Of a stretch of 33,759 nucleotides of DNA, positions 10,548 to 21,800 are shown piece by piece. The translations under genes were made by a program, and so were the position numbers. The DNA lies in contig JWZX01003293.1 in assembly GCA_001275005.1 (NCBI GenBank), forward strand, positions 1 to 33,759. The letters are read 5' to 3'. The notes under the pieces were generated by a model. That model was not told the origin of the DNA. It made no database searches and saw nothing but the letters and a program-made list of their open reading frames with translations. This stretch comes from Chrysochromulina tobinii. Lineage: Eukaryota. Position 1 is the stretch's first letter. Each line of letters starts with the position of its first letter.

Positions 10548-13500
10548 AGGCAGACGAGGCGCAGGTAATGAGCGTGCCAACGGCACAGGCCGCGCCACTG
10601 CCGGTGCACGCGCGCCTGCCTTGTTGCATGTGCCACGAAGGCGTGGCGAGCTCGCGCGAGCTTGCGCTCCACATCGACGCGCCGCACCATCTGACGAAAC
10701 TCGACGAACGCGTGCGCGAGCTGCAGCAGGCGCGACCAGTTGGCACGCGTGGGCGTGACACGCTTGACCGAACGCGCCCATGAGCTGAAGCAGCTTGCGA
10801 GCCCGTGGAGGGTGTTCGCGCGTCGCAGCAGCCGCATCGGGCGCAGCCGCAGGCCGATACGCCGTTCGCGTCTCCAGTGCGCGAGCGCACGGCTCTGCGC
10901 GCACGCGAGGGTCGCGCGCACGCCGATGGCGAGGCGCCGGATCCGCTCACGACGGCGCGTTCGGTACCACTTCCACGCACGCCACTCCTGCCTCAGGCGC
11001 CAACCGCGGAAGCGCCTGCCCACCGCGCGCTCGCTCGCGCGCGTGTGCGCCCCTCCCGGCGCTTCGCGTTTGGGCGAGCTGAAACAGGTCCACACTTGCC
11101 AAGCGCGCTGCAGGCATCGGCGGAGCGCCGTACCGAGCGCCTTGCGACCCCGTCGCTGCTCGGCTTGCCAGGCCTTCCACGCCGTCCAGGGCCTGCGGGG
11201 GCCACTCCCGCGCCCGTTGGGCAGCTTGCGAGACGCAAGCAGGGCGCGACGACGGCGTTCCAAGGAAAAGGCCACCCAGCCGCGCCATCCGTGCCGCTTG
11301 AACTTACGCGCATGCCAACTGCATGCAGCGGCATCCAGTTGCATGCGCTGCGACTGCGGCATCCAGCTGCATGCCATCCGACGCGCCGTATCGAGCAGCA
11401 TCCTCGACCATCGCTGCCAGCCGAGCCGCTCGAGCCTCGCCACGTAGCAGCGGACGGCAGTTGCCTGGAGGGCAGCCTCGCGCCGAGCTTCGGCGGCCAA
11501 GTACACCCAACTGGTCCATGCGCGCATCGCATTCTTGGAGCCGAAGGCGTTGGCGCTCCGAAGCATGAGCGTACGCTTCCGGGCGGCCACAGCCGCGAGG
11601 TACTTCCATGCGCCAAGGCCGTGCGCGAGGCCGCCGTGAAGAAAGTAGGAGAAGCCACGTCGGAGCAGCCGTTTCTCTTCGGCCAGATCCCCACAGACGT
11701 CCACCCATTGGCACCAGCCGCGGGAGAGGCCTCGACCGGACAGATGGGCGAGGCTTCGGTACACCATGTCTCGCGTCCTTGTCAAGTCTGCCCATCTCGA
11801 CACCCATGAGTTCCAGCCACGCGACCAGCTACGGTGGTACAAGTGGCGGAGGGCTCGTCTCATCGGGTCGGAGCTGAGAAGGAGCCACGCTGAACGCCAC
11901 CCTTCGAAGCCGCGCGAGAGCTCGCGGTGGACGATGAACCGAATGCCGTGCCGAAGCGCCCAGAGGAAGGCCGCGCGGCCAGCGCTCATCTCGATCCATG
12001 CGTTGAACGCGCGCGAGAGAGCCCGGTTCATCGTATGGAGGAGGTTACGGCGCATCGACGCATGCCTCGCTTTGAGCTCCGCCCACGTCGCCCTCCACTG
12101 GTTGCAGCCGCGCGCGAGCTCACGATGAACCCAGACTGCGACCACCCTCGATGTCGTCGCCCGCAACCTGGCTGCCGCCCTCACGGCGTGCGCGAAGCTG
12201 TTGAAGCAACGGCGCACAGACTTATTGCGCAGGGAGAAAAGGACCCGCGTCGCCGCCTGCCGTTGGCGACGCCGGTCGTCCACCCACTGTACCCACGTGT
12301 TCACCCCCTTCTTGATGAAGACGTGGATCCACCCCCCGACGCTGCGGCGCCTAAGGCGGGTCGCCCAGCGTGCCTGCTCCACATACGTAGCAAACGTGTT
12401 CCACCCCTTCCGCATGCGCTGGTGGAGAATGCTCTGAACGAGCTGGCGATGAAGTCGACTCCTGAGGCGCACCTGACGAACCTGACGAGCCCTCCCGGCC
12501 CAGACGTGCCAGATTCGGCTCCGGCTACAATCGATGTCCGCGCTGGTGGCCGTTCGCCAGATCCTGAATACCATCGAGCTCTCTGCAACCCATGCCTCCC
12601 ACGTATTCCAAGCGCGCCGGTGCTCCTTGCGGCGCATGCTCGCGAGGCTTCGCGCGAGGCGCCATTTCGTGTGCGCGCAGTTGGTATTGAACCCGATCCA
12701 CGTCCGCCATCCATAACTCTTGGCACGGTGCAAAGAGTTGCGTGCAATCTTTCTCAAGCCCTCGACGAAGATGCCCCTGCGGCGCACGATCTGCACGACC
12801 CGGCACCAGTCGTTCCAAGCAGCGCGCTTGCGCGCGCGCGAGACCGAGCGGTGCGCGATCTGTTCGAGGAGCGAGAGCGACGCGAGATGGAAGCTGAGCC
12901 AGGAGGCGAACACACGCCGCCACTCTCGGCTCCGGAGCCTCTCCAGCCCGCGTTGTTGCTTGGCCAAGACCGCATGAGCATCCGCGGCCGCCTGCGCCCA
13001 CACCTGGAAGCCGTACGATCCGACACGGCGTCGGAAGGCATCGACGGCACGCACCATCACACGAAAGCCTCGATGCACCTGCGAGGGGTCAGATCAAGGG
13101 AGCTCAAGTGAAATCGAGGGAGCTCAAGGGGGATCAATGGCGATGCACCTGCGAGGTCCGATCTCACCACTCAGCTGATTGTCTCAGTGGTCATCAGAGA
13201 GGCAATCAAGAGGCCATTAACGACACTCACCTGCGAGGTCTGATCTCGCCACTCGTGCAGCGTAACCGCAAGCTTCCGTCGCCAGAGGCGCTCACGATGA
13301 GCGTCCGCGGTCTCGGTGAGCGCAGAGAGGCGCCCGCCCCGCGCAAGCGCCGCAGCGCGCCACTCACCGAGGGCCCCGTGCAACGCGCATCGGCGCGCAC
13401 TCTGCTGCTGGCGCTCGCAGAGATGGTGAGAGAGCCTGACAAACTTGCGACGCGTCGCGTTCGCCGCCAAGGCATCCATCGTGCGGCGCGCCTGTAGCCG

Positions 13501-14301
13501 CCACCATCTGAGCGCGTGCGTCGAGACCTTGGCTTGAAGGTGCAGCCGCCGCTTGCAAACGCGCGCCCTTCGAAGCCATCGGCGGCACAGCCGCAGCATC
13601 CGTAGGGCTCCCTTATAGCTTCGCGCTCTCGCCTTGGCTCGCCACACGAAGGCGCGCGAGCGCCACTTCTGCATTGGGGCCAGGAACGCGCGACACCGCC
13701 ATTCGCGCGAGGCGAAGCGCAGCCTCAAAGCCACGCGCTTCAGGCTCTCCGCGTGCCGATCCCAACACTTGAAGCCGCGCCGGAGGGCAATGTGCGCCGC
13801 GAAGGCGGTGAGCATCTCGACCATCGCCTCGTCGATGGGACGGTCCCTGTACTTCACCTTCTTGTCGAAGAGCTCCATGGTGTACGAGGCCGATCCCGGC
13901 GATGGAAGCGTGGCCGAGATGGGTTTGTTTTGAGTCAGGTACCACTTGTCAAGGGTGCGCTGCCATTTGACTTCGATCTCGTCGTACTGAGGCACCCGAC
14001 GTACTGGAGAGCCGACGGGACAAAACGGAGGCTGCGGAGCGTGGACCCGCATATTAGCGGGCGTGCCGAGGGCACGCTCGAGGCGGGCCGCACGGGTGGG
14101 CTGCTCGTATGCGAGGGCTGGACGCTCCTCGGAGGGCTGCACGGCTGGGTTAGCACTGCGAGCGCTCGACTGGCCAACGTGACGCTCCTCGGAGGGCTGC
14201 ACGGCTGGGCCAGCTCGAATGGCCTCTCCCTTGGGGGTGAGAGGCCAAGGGGTGGATACGGCACGGCCCTGGGGCCTGGTTGTGGTGTTGCGGATGGGCA
14301 T
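9770..14301 (-). CDS. Sfi1-like (centrin-binding repeat) protein, ~1459 aa; exons 14301-13231 and 13078-9770
   Basis: Dozens of Arg-rich helical repeats ending in a [FW]xxW motif (e.g. LSRAFNAW, RRAWNTW). Phase-0 intron CAG|GTGAGT...CGCAG|GTG. Poly-Pro near the C-terminus. Confidence 0.75.
13079..13230 (-). other. Spliceosomal intron (152 nt, GT-AG) containing a copy of its own spliced junction
   Basis: Strong donor GTGAGT and acceptor CTGACCCCTCGCAG. It joins the two Sfi1-like ORFs in frame. Confidence 0.85.
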
Positions 14302-14431
14302 CGACCACTTGCTCGCACCGTCTCAGCTGGACGGAGCCTCCCACTCACGAGAATGACCTCGAGTGGCGCGCGAGGGGGACGTCGGTTTTTCGAAAAGTTG
14401 CACTGAAAAGGAAAAGTATGAAACGCATAAT

Positions 14432-15955
14432 TCAATCCGCGTCTCCCGCCTCGCCCACTGAGGAGTTGGAATGCGCCCCGGACGAACGGTCCGAGCTGGC
14501 TCCCCACAGGTCCGGCCTTATCTTTTCCACCTGCCCAATCTGCACCAGCATGGAGGAGAACCACGGCATCGCGAGATCGAACGGCTTGCAGGGTTGCAGG
14601 CGCTCGAAGCTGATCAGGCGAAGCCGCCATGGGTCGTCCCCCTCCTCGTCGAGCGCGACCACGCCCGCCTGCCGTCCAACTGCCTTGTGCGCCGCGACCT
14701 GGGCGGACGCGGTAATGAGGCGCGCGTCCGCGGCATTCGCGGATGCGCCGCGCACGGCGTCACCCGACTTGTGGTAGGCGACCCTTTGCGCGTGTACGAG
14801 CGGCCAGAGCTCGGAGAGTTGCGCCGCGACGCCCTCGGCCACGAAGACGTTCGCCTGACCGTACCGCACAACCACCGCCGCGAGGCGGGCCGCCTCAGCT
14901 GCGAGGTCGAAAGCACGCGCCATCTCGGGCACATAGACGGCGTGCAAGTCCCATCGCGCCCGAGATGGCGCCCCCTCGGGCCCGAGCAGTTGGACCTGCT
15001 CGTCTTCTGCGGGCCACATGCGCACAATGTCCCGGTACATGGCCGACGTCGCAGCGGTGAGCCAGCCGCAGCCCCCTCCGGCGACCTCATGTACATGGAG
15101 TGTACTGGTGGGCATGTGTGCCGCGACAGCGGCTGTGGTCTCGGCGCGCACCCGTGCAAAGAAGCGCGCGCTCTGATCAGCTGCCGTCCACGCGCCGGGC
15201 AGCTGCGTGATGGGGCTCTCATCATTCTCGAGCGCGTGAGGCAGCCCGATCGCCGTCAGGCTATAGTGCTCCCTCTCGAGGTGTATGGCAACGGCCGCGG
15301 CAGCGATCAGGGCCGCATGCCCGCCGATGACGTGAAGCACGTCGACGCCATCCTGGCGCAGCCGATTGGCCACCCTTCGCATCGGGTCCTCTTCGGGTGC
15401 ACACAGCCCACGCCGCACGCACTCCGCCGCGTCGGTCGGCACGACACGCGAGGCGCCGATCGGCGACCCTCCGCTCGCACAACACGCCGCCACCTGCTCT
15501 CGCCACTCCTGGCCTGCATGGAGGGCCACCGACTGGTTGAGCAGCATGCCCTCGAAGCCGTTGGTGTAGCACAGAAGCTTGATGCTGGGGTGCTTCTGAG
15601 CGTACTCGTCGATGAGCGCTTCGACTGTGGCCGCAAAGCCGAGATCCTCACATGGATCGCCAGCGGTTAGCACCGCCACGAGCCTGGGCGGCCGCGGCGT
15701 GTCGGCGCTGTTCTCGCGCGCTGTCGGCACAAGCGGCATCATGTATGAGGCATTCGGTGGTGGGCCCGCGCGAGCCGGTCGTAGCACCTCTGCAAGCAGC
15801 GCCGCAGCCAGTGCGGCCTCCGCCTCATCCTCATCCACGTCCTCAGCGATGCTGATGGATGATAGCATCGGCGCCTTCTTCTTCTTCCTGGCCTTTTTCG
15901 ACCTATCGGATTGGCTGCCCTTAGATCGGTCCGATTTGTCCCCTTTTGGCGCCAT
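14432..15955 (-). CDS. Pyrophosphate-dependent phosphofructokinase-like protein with degenerate catalytic motifs (507 aa)
   Basis: PFK-fold motifs appear in order: VAVLTAG, GFEGML, GGSPIGASRV, LHVIGG, IGLP..END, VHEV..GCGWLTAAT, VYVPEM, NVFVAEG, HKSG. Confidence 0.85.
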   Translation of the reverse strand: MAPKGDKSDRSKGSQSDRSKKARKKKKAPMLSSISIAEDVDEDEAEAALAAALLAEVLRPARAGPPPNASYMMPLVPTARENSADTPRPPRLVAVLTAGDPCEDLGFAATVEALIDEYAQKHPSIKLLCYTNGFEGMLLNQSVALHAGQEWREQVAACCASGGSPIGASRVVPTDAAECVRRGLCAPEEDPMRRVANRLRQDGVDVLHVIGGHAALIAAAAVAIHLEREHYSLTAIGLPHALENDESPITQLPGAWTAADQSARFFARVRAETTAAVAAHMPTSTLHVHEVAGGGCGWLTAATSAMYRDIVRMWPAEDEQVQLLGPEGAPSRARWDLHAVYVPEMARAFDLAAEAARLAAVVVRYGQANVFVAEGVAAQLSELWPLVHAQRVAYHKSGDAVRGASANAADARLITASAQVAAHKAVGRQAGVVALDEEGDDPWRLRLISFERLQPCKPFDLAMPWFSSMLVQIGQVEKIRPDLWGASSDRSSGAHSNSSVGEAGDAD

Positions 15956-16513
15956 CGTTTAGAGCGCCTGCGGTTGGCTCGCTCGCTCGCCGAAAAGAGG
16001 ACGCGAACACAGACACCATCGCCGTTTCAAATCTCTTCCAAAACTTCCAAAAGAGTCCAAGTCTCCAAGTCCGGAGAGGTGTCCCTCCTCCGCACGCTTT
16101 ACGGCGCGGTGCTTTCCATGTATTCGCCGACTCGAATAGTCCTTTCGTCCGGAGACCACGATATGGTGAGTGAGTTAAAACACAAATACTCAATTGAGTA
16201 CCGGTACGGTCCGCGGTCTCGTGACGCCACGGTGTATGCGTGTTTGCCACGACAGACGCGACAACCGGTGCCACGACACTGTTACTGCCCACTCAGAATG
16301 CGTGTTGTAGGCCGGAGTACAGTACCTCCAGCTCCACAAGTCCACATGATATAATTCCAAAACTCCCTCGCAAGACGCAACCCCACTCCCGATTCTCTCC
16401 CGAAGCCGCACCCCCCTTCCCTCTCACCGAGGTTCGCTCCCCCACGCACGCGCACAACGCACGAACTCACGCTCGTGTTAACGTTCACACAGACGCTCGC
16501 GGTCGCGCTCGAC

Positions 16514-17269
16514 ATGCTCGTCGTTTGTAGCCTTTTTGCAGTTTCCTCTGGGTTGGTTCCAGGCGCCTCGTTGGCTCACGCGACCTGGCGCGTCATCTGG
16601 GAGGACGAGGCGATGCTCGTGGTCGACAAGGACGCTGGGCTGCTCACGGTACCTGGCCGCGGCGCCAACAAGGCGGACTGTCTCGTGTCACGTCTTCAGA
16701 GGCAAGGGTACCCAGAGGTGGAGCACGTGCCTCATCGGCTAGATCGTGACACCTCTGGGCTCATTGTTATCGGGCGCAACGCAAGGGTGCACCGCGCACT
16801 GTCAGTCGCGTTTGAGGAGCGGCGAGTTACGAAGAGTTATGAGGCACTGTGCCTGGGTTGGCCTGAGGCGGACTGTGGAGAGGTGGACGCACCGATCGGG
16901 AAAGTCCAGCTCCCGGGCGAAACTCACGCTCGGATGCGGGTGGTGAGTGATCTCCACCCCGGCGGCCGCAGCAGCCTCACGCGCTGGCGGGTCCTCCACA
17001 GGGCCGTGCACCCCTCTGGTCTCCGGTGGTCGCGCGTCGAGCTGCTGCCTGTCAGTGGGCGCGCCCATCAGCTGCGCCTGCACCAGGATTTGATCGGGCA
17101 CCCTATTCTCGGCGATGAGCTCCACGGCAGCGCCGCGTCACGGGCTGCTGCACCCAGGTTATGCTTGCACGCGGCCCACCTACAACTCGATCATCCACTG
17201 ACGGGCCAGCGTCTCGTGCTTGAAAGCGACAGCGGCTTCGAGCGGCTCGCCATAGGCGAGCCTCAGTGA
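16514..17269 (+). CDS. rluA: RluA-family pseudouridine synthase, probably organelle-targeted (251 aa)
   Basis: Motifs VVDKDAGLLTVPG, catalytic HRLDRDTSG, SGRAHQLRLH, GHPILGDELHG and RLCLHA. Hydrophobic N-terminal extension. Confidence 0.93.
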   Translation: MLVVCSLFAVSSGLVPGASLAHATWRVIWEDEAMLVVDKDAGLLTVPGRGANKADCLVSRLQRQGYPEVEHVPHRLDRDTSGLIVIGRNARVHRALSVAFEERRVTKSYEALCLGWPEADCGEVDAPIGKVQLPGETHARMRVVSDLHPGGRSSLTRWRVLHRAVHPSGLRWSRVELLPVSGRAHQLRLHQDLIGHPILGDELHGSAASRAAAPRLCLHAAHLQLDHPLTGQRLVLESDSGFERLAIGEPQ

Positions 17270-17800
17270 GAAACCGACCAGAGCGCATGCCGTCAGTGAA
17301 AAGAACTCGGAAGCATCAAACTCTCGTGCACTGTGGAGGCCTTACATGGAACGTGTCCGTTCCCGGGCTCGTCGCCACGTGCGCGACGGGAGTCCGGGCG
17401 ACGGCTGCGCGCGGGCCCCGGCCGCGCGACGGAGCGCGAGCCGTACGATTCTTTATATTGCGCGGCCGCTTAGAAAACCTAGCGTCATTTTACACGATCG
17501 TGCTCTGTGGACACCTGACTCAGAATCGATTTTTTCCTCCCGCGTCCCGCGGTCGATAGATCGGGATTATACACGGCCACACGCCGGCGTGGCCCCGCAC
17601 CCCGCGGCGTATACGGTCTACCCTACCTTAATACCTTATAAGTCTCGAGAGACAGTGAGATGGCCGCCGCGCGCACATGCATTGCTACCATGCATATTGC
17701 ACATATCGCCATGTCGCGCCTCGGATGCGATGCATGGTCGGCAGTGTGTGGATTGACACGACCCGACCCACCACACGCATCGCATCATGCTGCTGGGTCT

Positions 17801-18364
17801 CTACCACAGCCAGCCTCGTCGCCTGTGGTTACTCGTTGCGAGCGGATCCGCCAACGCGGCTGCTTCCGTCGCCGCCTTTTCGCCGCGCATGTGCTGCAGA
17901 TCCTGCTGCAGCAGGGTGATGCGCATCTCGAGGTGTCGCAGTTCGTCTCGGTGTCGATCGTGCGTCTCCCAATTCTGCGCCTCATGAGCCGCCGCCGCTG
18001 CCTCGTGCCTCGCCCGCTCCGCCTTGACGGCCGCCTCCTTGGCGCGCTCTTTGATCTTTGACATACAGTACTCGTAGTAGACGGTGGCACCCGCGATGCT
18101 GTAGATGACCATCTCAGAGATGACATCAGCTCCTCGTATTACAGCACGCGCCTCGGGTAGCGGCGCCAAGCTCGTGAGCATCGGCTTACCCTCCGCGATC
18201 CGGTTCAGCTGCAGATCGAAGCGGTGCAGCACGCGGCCGAAGAGCGAGAGCGTGTCTTTCAAGCTTTCCGAGTTTGTGGCCATCTGCTTGGCCACGCCCG
18301 CAATAGGCTTCGACAGCTGACGCACTGCGAGGAAGAAGAGCTTGATCCCGACCTCGAATACCAT
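17801..18364 (-). CDS. OPA3: OPA3-like mitochondrial protein (187 aa)
   Basis: Motifs KLFFLAVRQLSKPIA and PLPEARAVIRGADVISEMVIYSIAG..YYEY, followed by a coiled coil. Confidence 0.88.
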   Translation of the reverse strand: MVFEVGIKLFFLAVRQLSKPIAGVAKQMATNSESLKDTLSLFGRVLHRFDLQLNRIAEGKPMLTSLAPLPEARAVIRGADVISEMVIYSIAGATVYYEYCMSKIKERAKEAAVKAERARHEAAAAAHEAQNWETHDRHRDELRHLEMRITLLQQDLQHMRGEKAATEAAALADPLATSNHRRRGWLW

Positions 18365-18447
18365 GAGCAAGAGCTCGAGTGCGAGCTCTGTGCGGACAGG
18401 AGACTATTGAAACGAGGCAGAGCTGCTCGCCTGCGAGTTGGTCGCGT

Positions 18448-18479
18448 GCGCCAGCGCCAGCGCCAGCGCCAGCGCCAGC
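18448..18479. repeat. (GCGCCA)5 hexamer microsatellite
   Basis: Directly visible between the divergent OPA3 and channel genes. Confidence 0.9.
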
Positions 18480-18822
18480 CCTGCCGAGTGAACACCACTC
18501 CAAGCGAAGCGGCAATGCCCGAGCGAGTCGAACAGCGTGCAGTGGGGAAAGAGAGGTGCTGACTCGACAGACTCAATCCTATTACATGTAGGAACTCCTC
18601 ACGGAGATCCCCGCGTTCGCATGATTTTTGTTCACGAACAGACTCCTCTTTCGGTCATTGGTGAACTTGATCGCGACAGTTTCGCGACATAGACTTGTTG
18701 ACGAAATGCTGTTCCTGAGACAGATGGAATACAGGCACCCTGGAGCGCGGGGTGCTCTGGCGGCGCGAAGGCAGCACCGGAGCGAGGGTGCTGCCCGGAG
18801 CGCTCGCAGCCACGTGACACCG

Positions 18823-21800
18823 ATGGGAGCCACGGATCACATCCTCTTGAATTCGGATCCGCGGCCACCGGCAACCTGGCCGGCCACAGGAGCGGGCGGC
18901 AACACTGCCGTGGCTTCCAGCAGCAGCAGCGACAGCAGCAGCAGCATCGGCGGCGATGACGAAGAGTATCGCTGTCATTCGGAATCGGCTATCTCAGCGT
19001 TACACGTGCAGCGGCCCGCTGGGCGGCTGCGGGGCGGCGGCGCGAGCGTCCTACCGAGCGCGCTGCTGGAGGCTGCGGTACAGGCGCAGCAGCAGCAGGT
19101 GGCGCAGCAGCAGCAGCAGGTACAGGTGCAGCGGCAGAAGAGCAAGCAGCCCGCGGACCCAACCTTCAGAGGGGGGCCCAGAGTGAAGATACCGCCCTTC
19201 ATCATCGACCCTCACACGCCCTGGAAGGCGTTTTGGGACATCTGGGTAGCCTTGCTGATCGCGTACTCGGTGATCATGGTCCCACTGCGCGTGTGCTTTT
19301 CTCTGCGATCGTGCATCTTCTCCGCCGACTGGACGTGGGAGCTCTTCGTCGATTGCTGCTTCTTTGCCGACATCCTGCTGACCTTCCGGACGGCGCTCAT
19401 CCTCGACGACCCCGAGAAGCAGGAGCGCAAGGTAGTGACAGACGCGCGGAGGATCGCCTATCACTACATCAAGGGATGGTTTGTCATTGACGTGGTCTCC
19501 ACCATCCCCATTGACACGATCATTGAGCTGACACTATACGCGTCCACATCGGCCGCCGAGGCACAATCCCTTCGCACGTGCTCCTTCCTAACTGAGTCGC
19601 CCGAAGACTCGAACCTGCGCTCGACGATGATGCTGCGGGTCATGCGCCTCGTGCGTCTCGTGCGTCTTCTCAAGCTCTTTCGCACTCTCAAGCTAGGGCT
19701 CTTGTTTCGCCGGCTGGACGACGCGGTCAACATCAACCCCGCGGTGTTCAAGATGGCGCGCCTCCTAGCGTACATTCTCTTGCTCTCGCACCTGTCAGCA
19801 TGCTCCTGGTTTGGCATTTTCAAGCAGGTCGTCGAGGAGGGGAGCGAGCCCGTCGCCGACAACTGGATCGAGGCATACGCGAGCGCCCAGCTCGTGCCCA
19901 AGTTGGCCGACGCGATCCGCGGCGACATGCTCACCCAGTACACATCGGCCTTGTACTGGGCCTTCACCACACTCACCACGGTCGGCTACGGCGACATCGT
20001 GCCGAAGAATGTGTCGGAGATGTGGTTCGTCATTTTGATGGAGTTTGTGGGCCTGATCGTCTTCAGCATAGCCATCGCTCAGCTCACCAACATTATGGAC
20101 AACTTCAGCGCACAGAAGAAGCTCTTGAGCGCGCTCATGGCCGAGGTCACCCGGTACATGCGCGAGCGCAAAATGACGCCGCGAATGCAGCGTCGCGTGC
20201 TACGCTTCTACGAGTACTACCTGGAGCGCGTCTCCGTCTTCGACGTCAACTTGATGCTATCGGAGGTCTCTCAATCGCTTAAGTATGATATCTGCGAGGT
20301 GCGATCTGCGCGAGCTCGTGCTCGAGCTCTGATCTCCTCCGATGACCTCCCTGATGGCACCTGATGACCTTTGATTGGCCGCCTTCCTCAGGTGATGCTA
20401 CGCGAGCTCGTAGTCGACATGCCGTTGCTGCGGACCCGTGATGCCCAATTTGTCGCGAGGCTGGGCATGCAGCTGCAACCCTTTTTCGCCCTCGCACAAG
20501 AGTTCATCACGCGGCATGGCGTCGTTGGCCACGAAGTCTACTGGGTGCGCCAGGGGCGTGTGGAGCTGTGTATGGCCGCCAGCTTGACGATTCCCGGCGA
20601 CCTTGCGATGGCTGCGACTAGCCAGGCAATAAGCTCGGCAATCAGCTCGGCGCCCTCCACAGAAGACGCCGAACCTGGCGTCTCCTCCTGCACCGGCGCC
20701 AAACTCGCCACCGCTCGCGCCGCTGCCTCGATTGGAAGCGAACTACCTCTCTTTCTGAGCGACGGTGAGCACTTTGGCGAGGAGGTGCTACAGACTTCTG
20801 GCAATCGGATGCTCTTCGACGCTCGCGCCGTGCACTTCTCTCACTTGCTCTACGTGCACAAGCAGGCGAGTCACATGGCCTCTGACTGCCTCTGACTGCC
20901 TCTGATAGCCTCCAATTGCCTCGGATCGCCTCCAAGTGCTTCACACGTCGCTCTACGCCCACCTGCAGGTGCTCGAGTCTCTCAACGAGTCATACCCGAC
21001 ACTCATGGACGAGCTCAAAACAACGGGCCCTGTCAGCAGGCTGCAAGCGCAGGCCGCCGCTGCCGCCGACGCCCCCGCATCCACCGCCGCCACCGCCGCC
21101 AACGCCGCCAACGCCGCCGCCGCCGCCGGTGGAATCGGCGTGCCCTCAACAGCGTCTTCCTCAGCGCCCTCTGCTGCGCCTATAGCTCGCTCCCCGGCGC
21201 CGCCGCCAGCGCTGAGCGCCGAGATGAGCGCCGATCCGGCCACTTTGACCCACACGGAGCCGCCCCCACCAGAGTTCGCAGTCGTTGAGCCGTTGGGACG
21301 TGAGCAGAGCGCGACCGGCGCGGAGGTCTTGCCTAGTTTGGAAACCGCGCCAAAGAGTAGTTCAGTCGACAGGAGCCCATCCCCGAAGCTTCCGGTGCGA
21401 TCTCGCTCGTCGATCTCGTCCTTCTTTAGTCGGCCCAATCGAGCCAGCAAGCGCGGCAAGACGGACGGCAGGGGCAGCCACGAGGACGAGCATGCCAGGG
21501 GCAAGTATCCGCCACGTAGGAGTATTAGCGTAGGGCACGCGCTGAGCGAGCAAGCCACGAGGGAGCAGAACGAGCGTGATCTGAAGGCGATGGCGCTCGA
21601 CCGACTCTCGAAGCGTGGAAACCTCGGTGGCAGCGGAGGCGGCGGCGGTGGCGGCGGTACAGAGCTGCCAGGGCTCCTCGCAACTTTAACTTCTCCTTGT
21701 GCGCGCAAGGCATCCCACGGACGGGCCCGTGGCAACAGCAGGCACACTTTCCCGGAAAAGCTTGGGCGAGGAAAGACCGTGACCCTCTTTTCCGCACGCA

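Noticed and set aside
10176..13111. Long plus-strand ORFs antisense to the Sfi1-like gene, and similar ones elsewhere (4086-5057, 14471-15670, 27127-28485)
   Set aside because: These are shadow ORFs expected in GC-rich coding DNA. They have no domain motifs, and the opposite strand carries the recognisable protein.
18388..18430. Possible 43-nt GC-AG intron in the OPA3 5' UTR
   Set aside because: It is much shorter than the other introns (84-157 nt), and no reading-frame constraint supports it.
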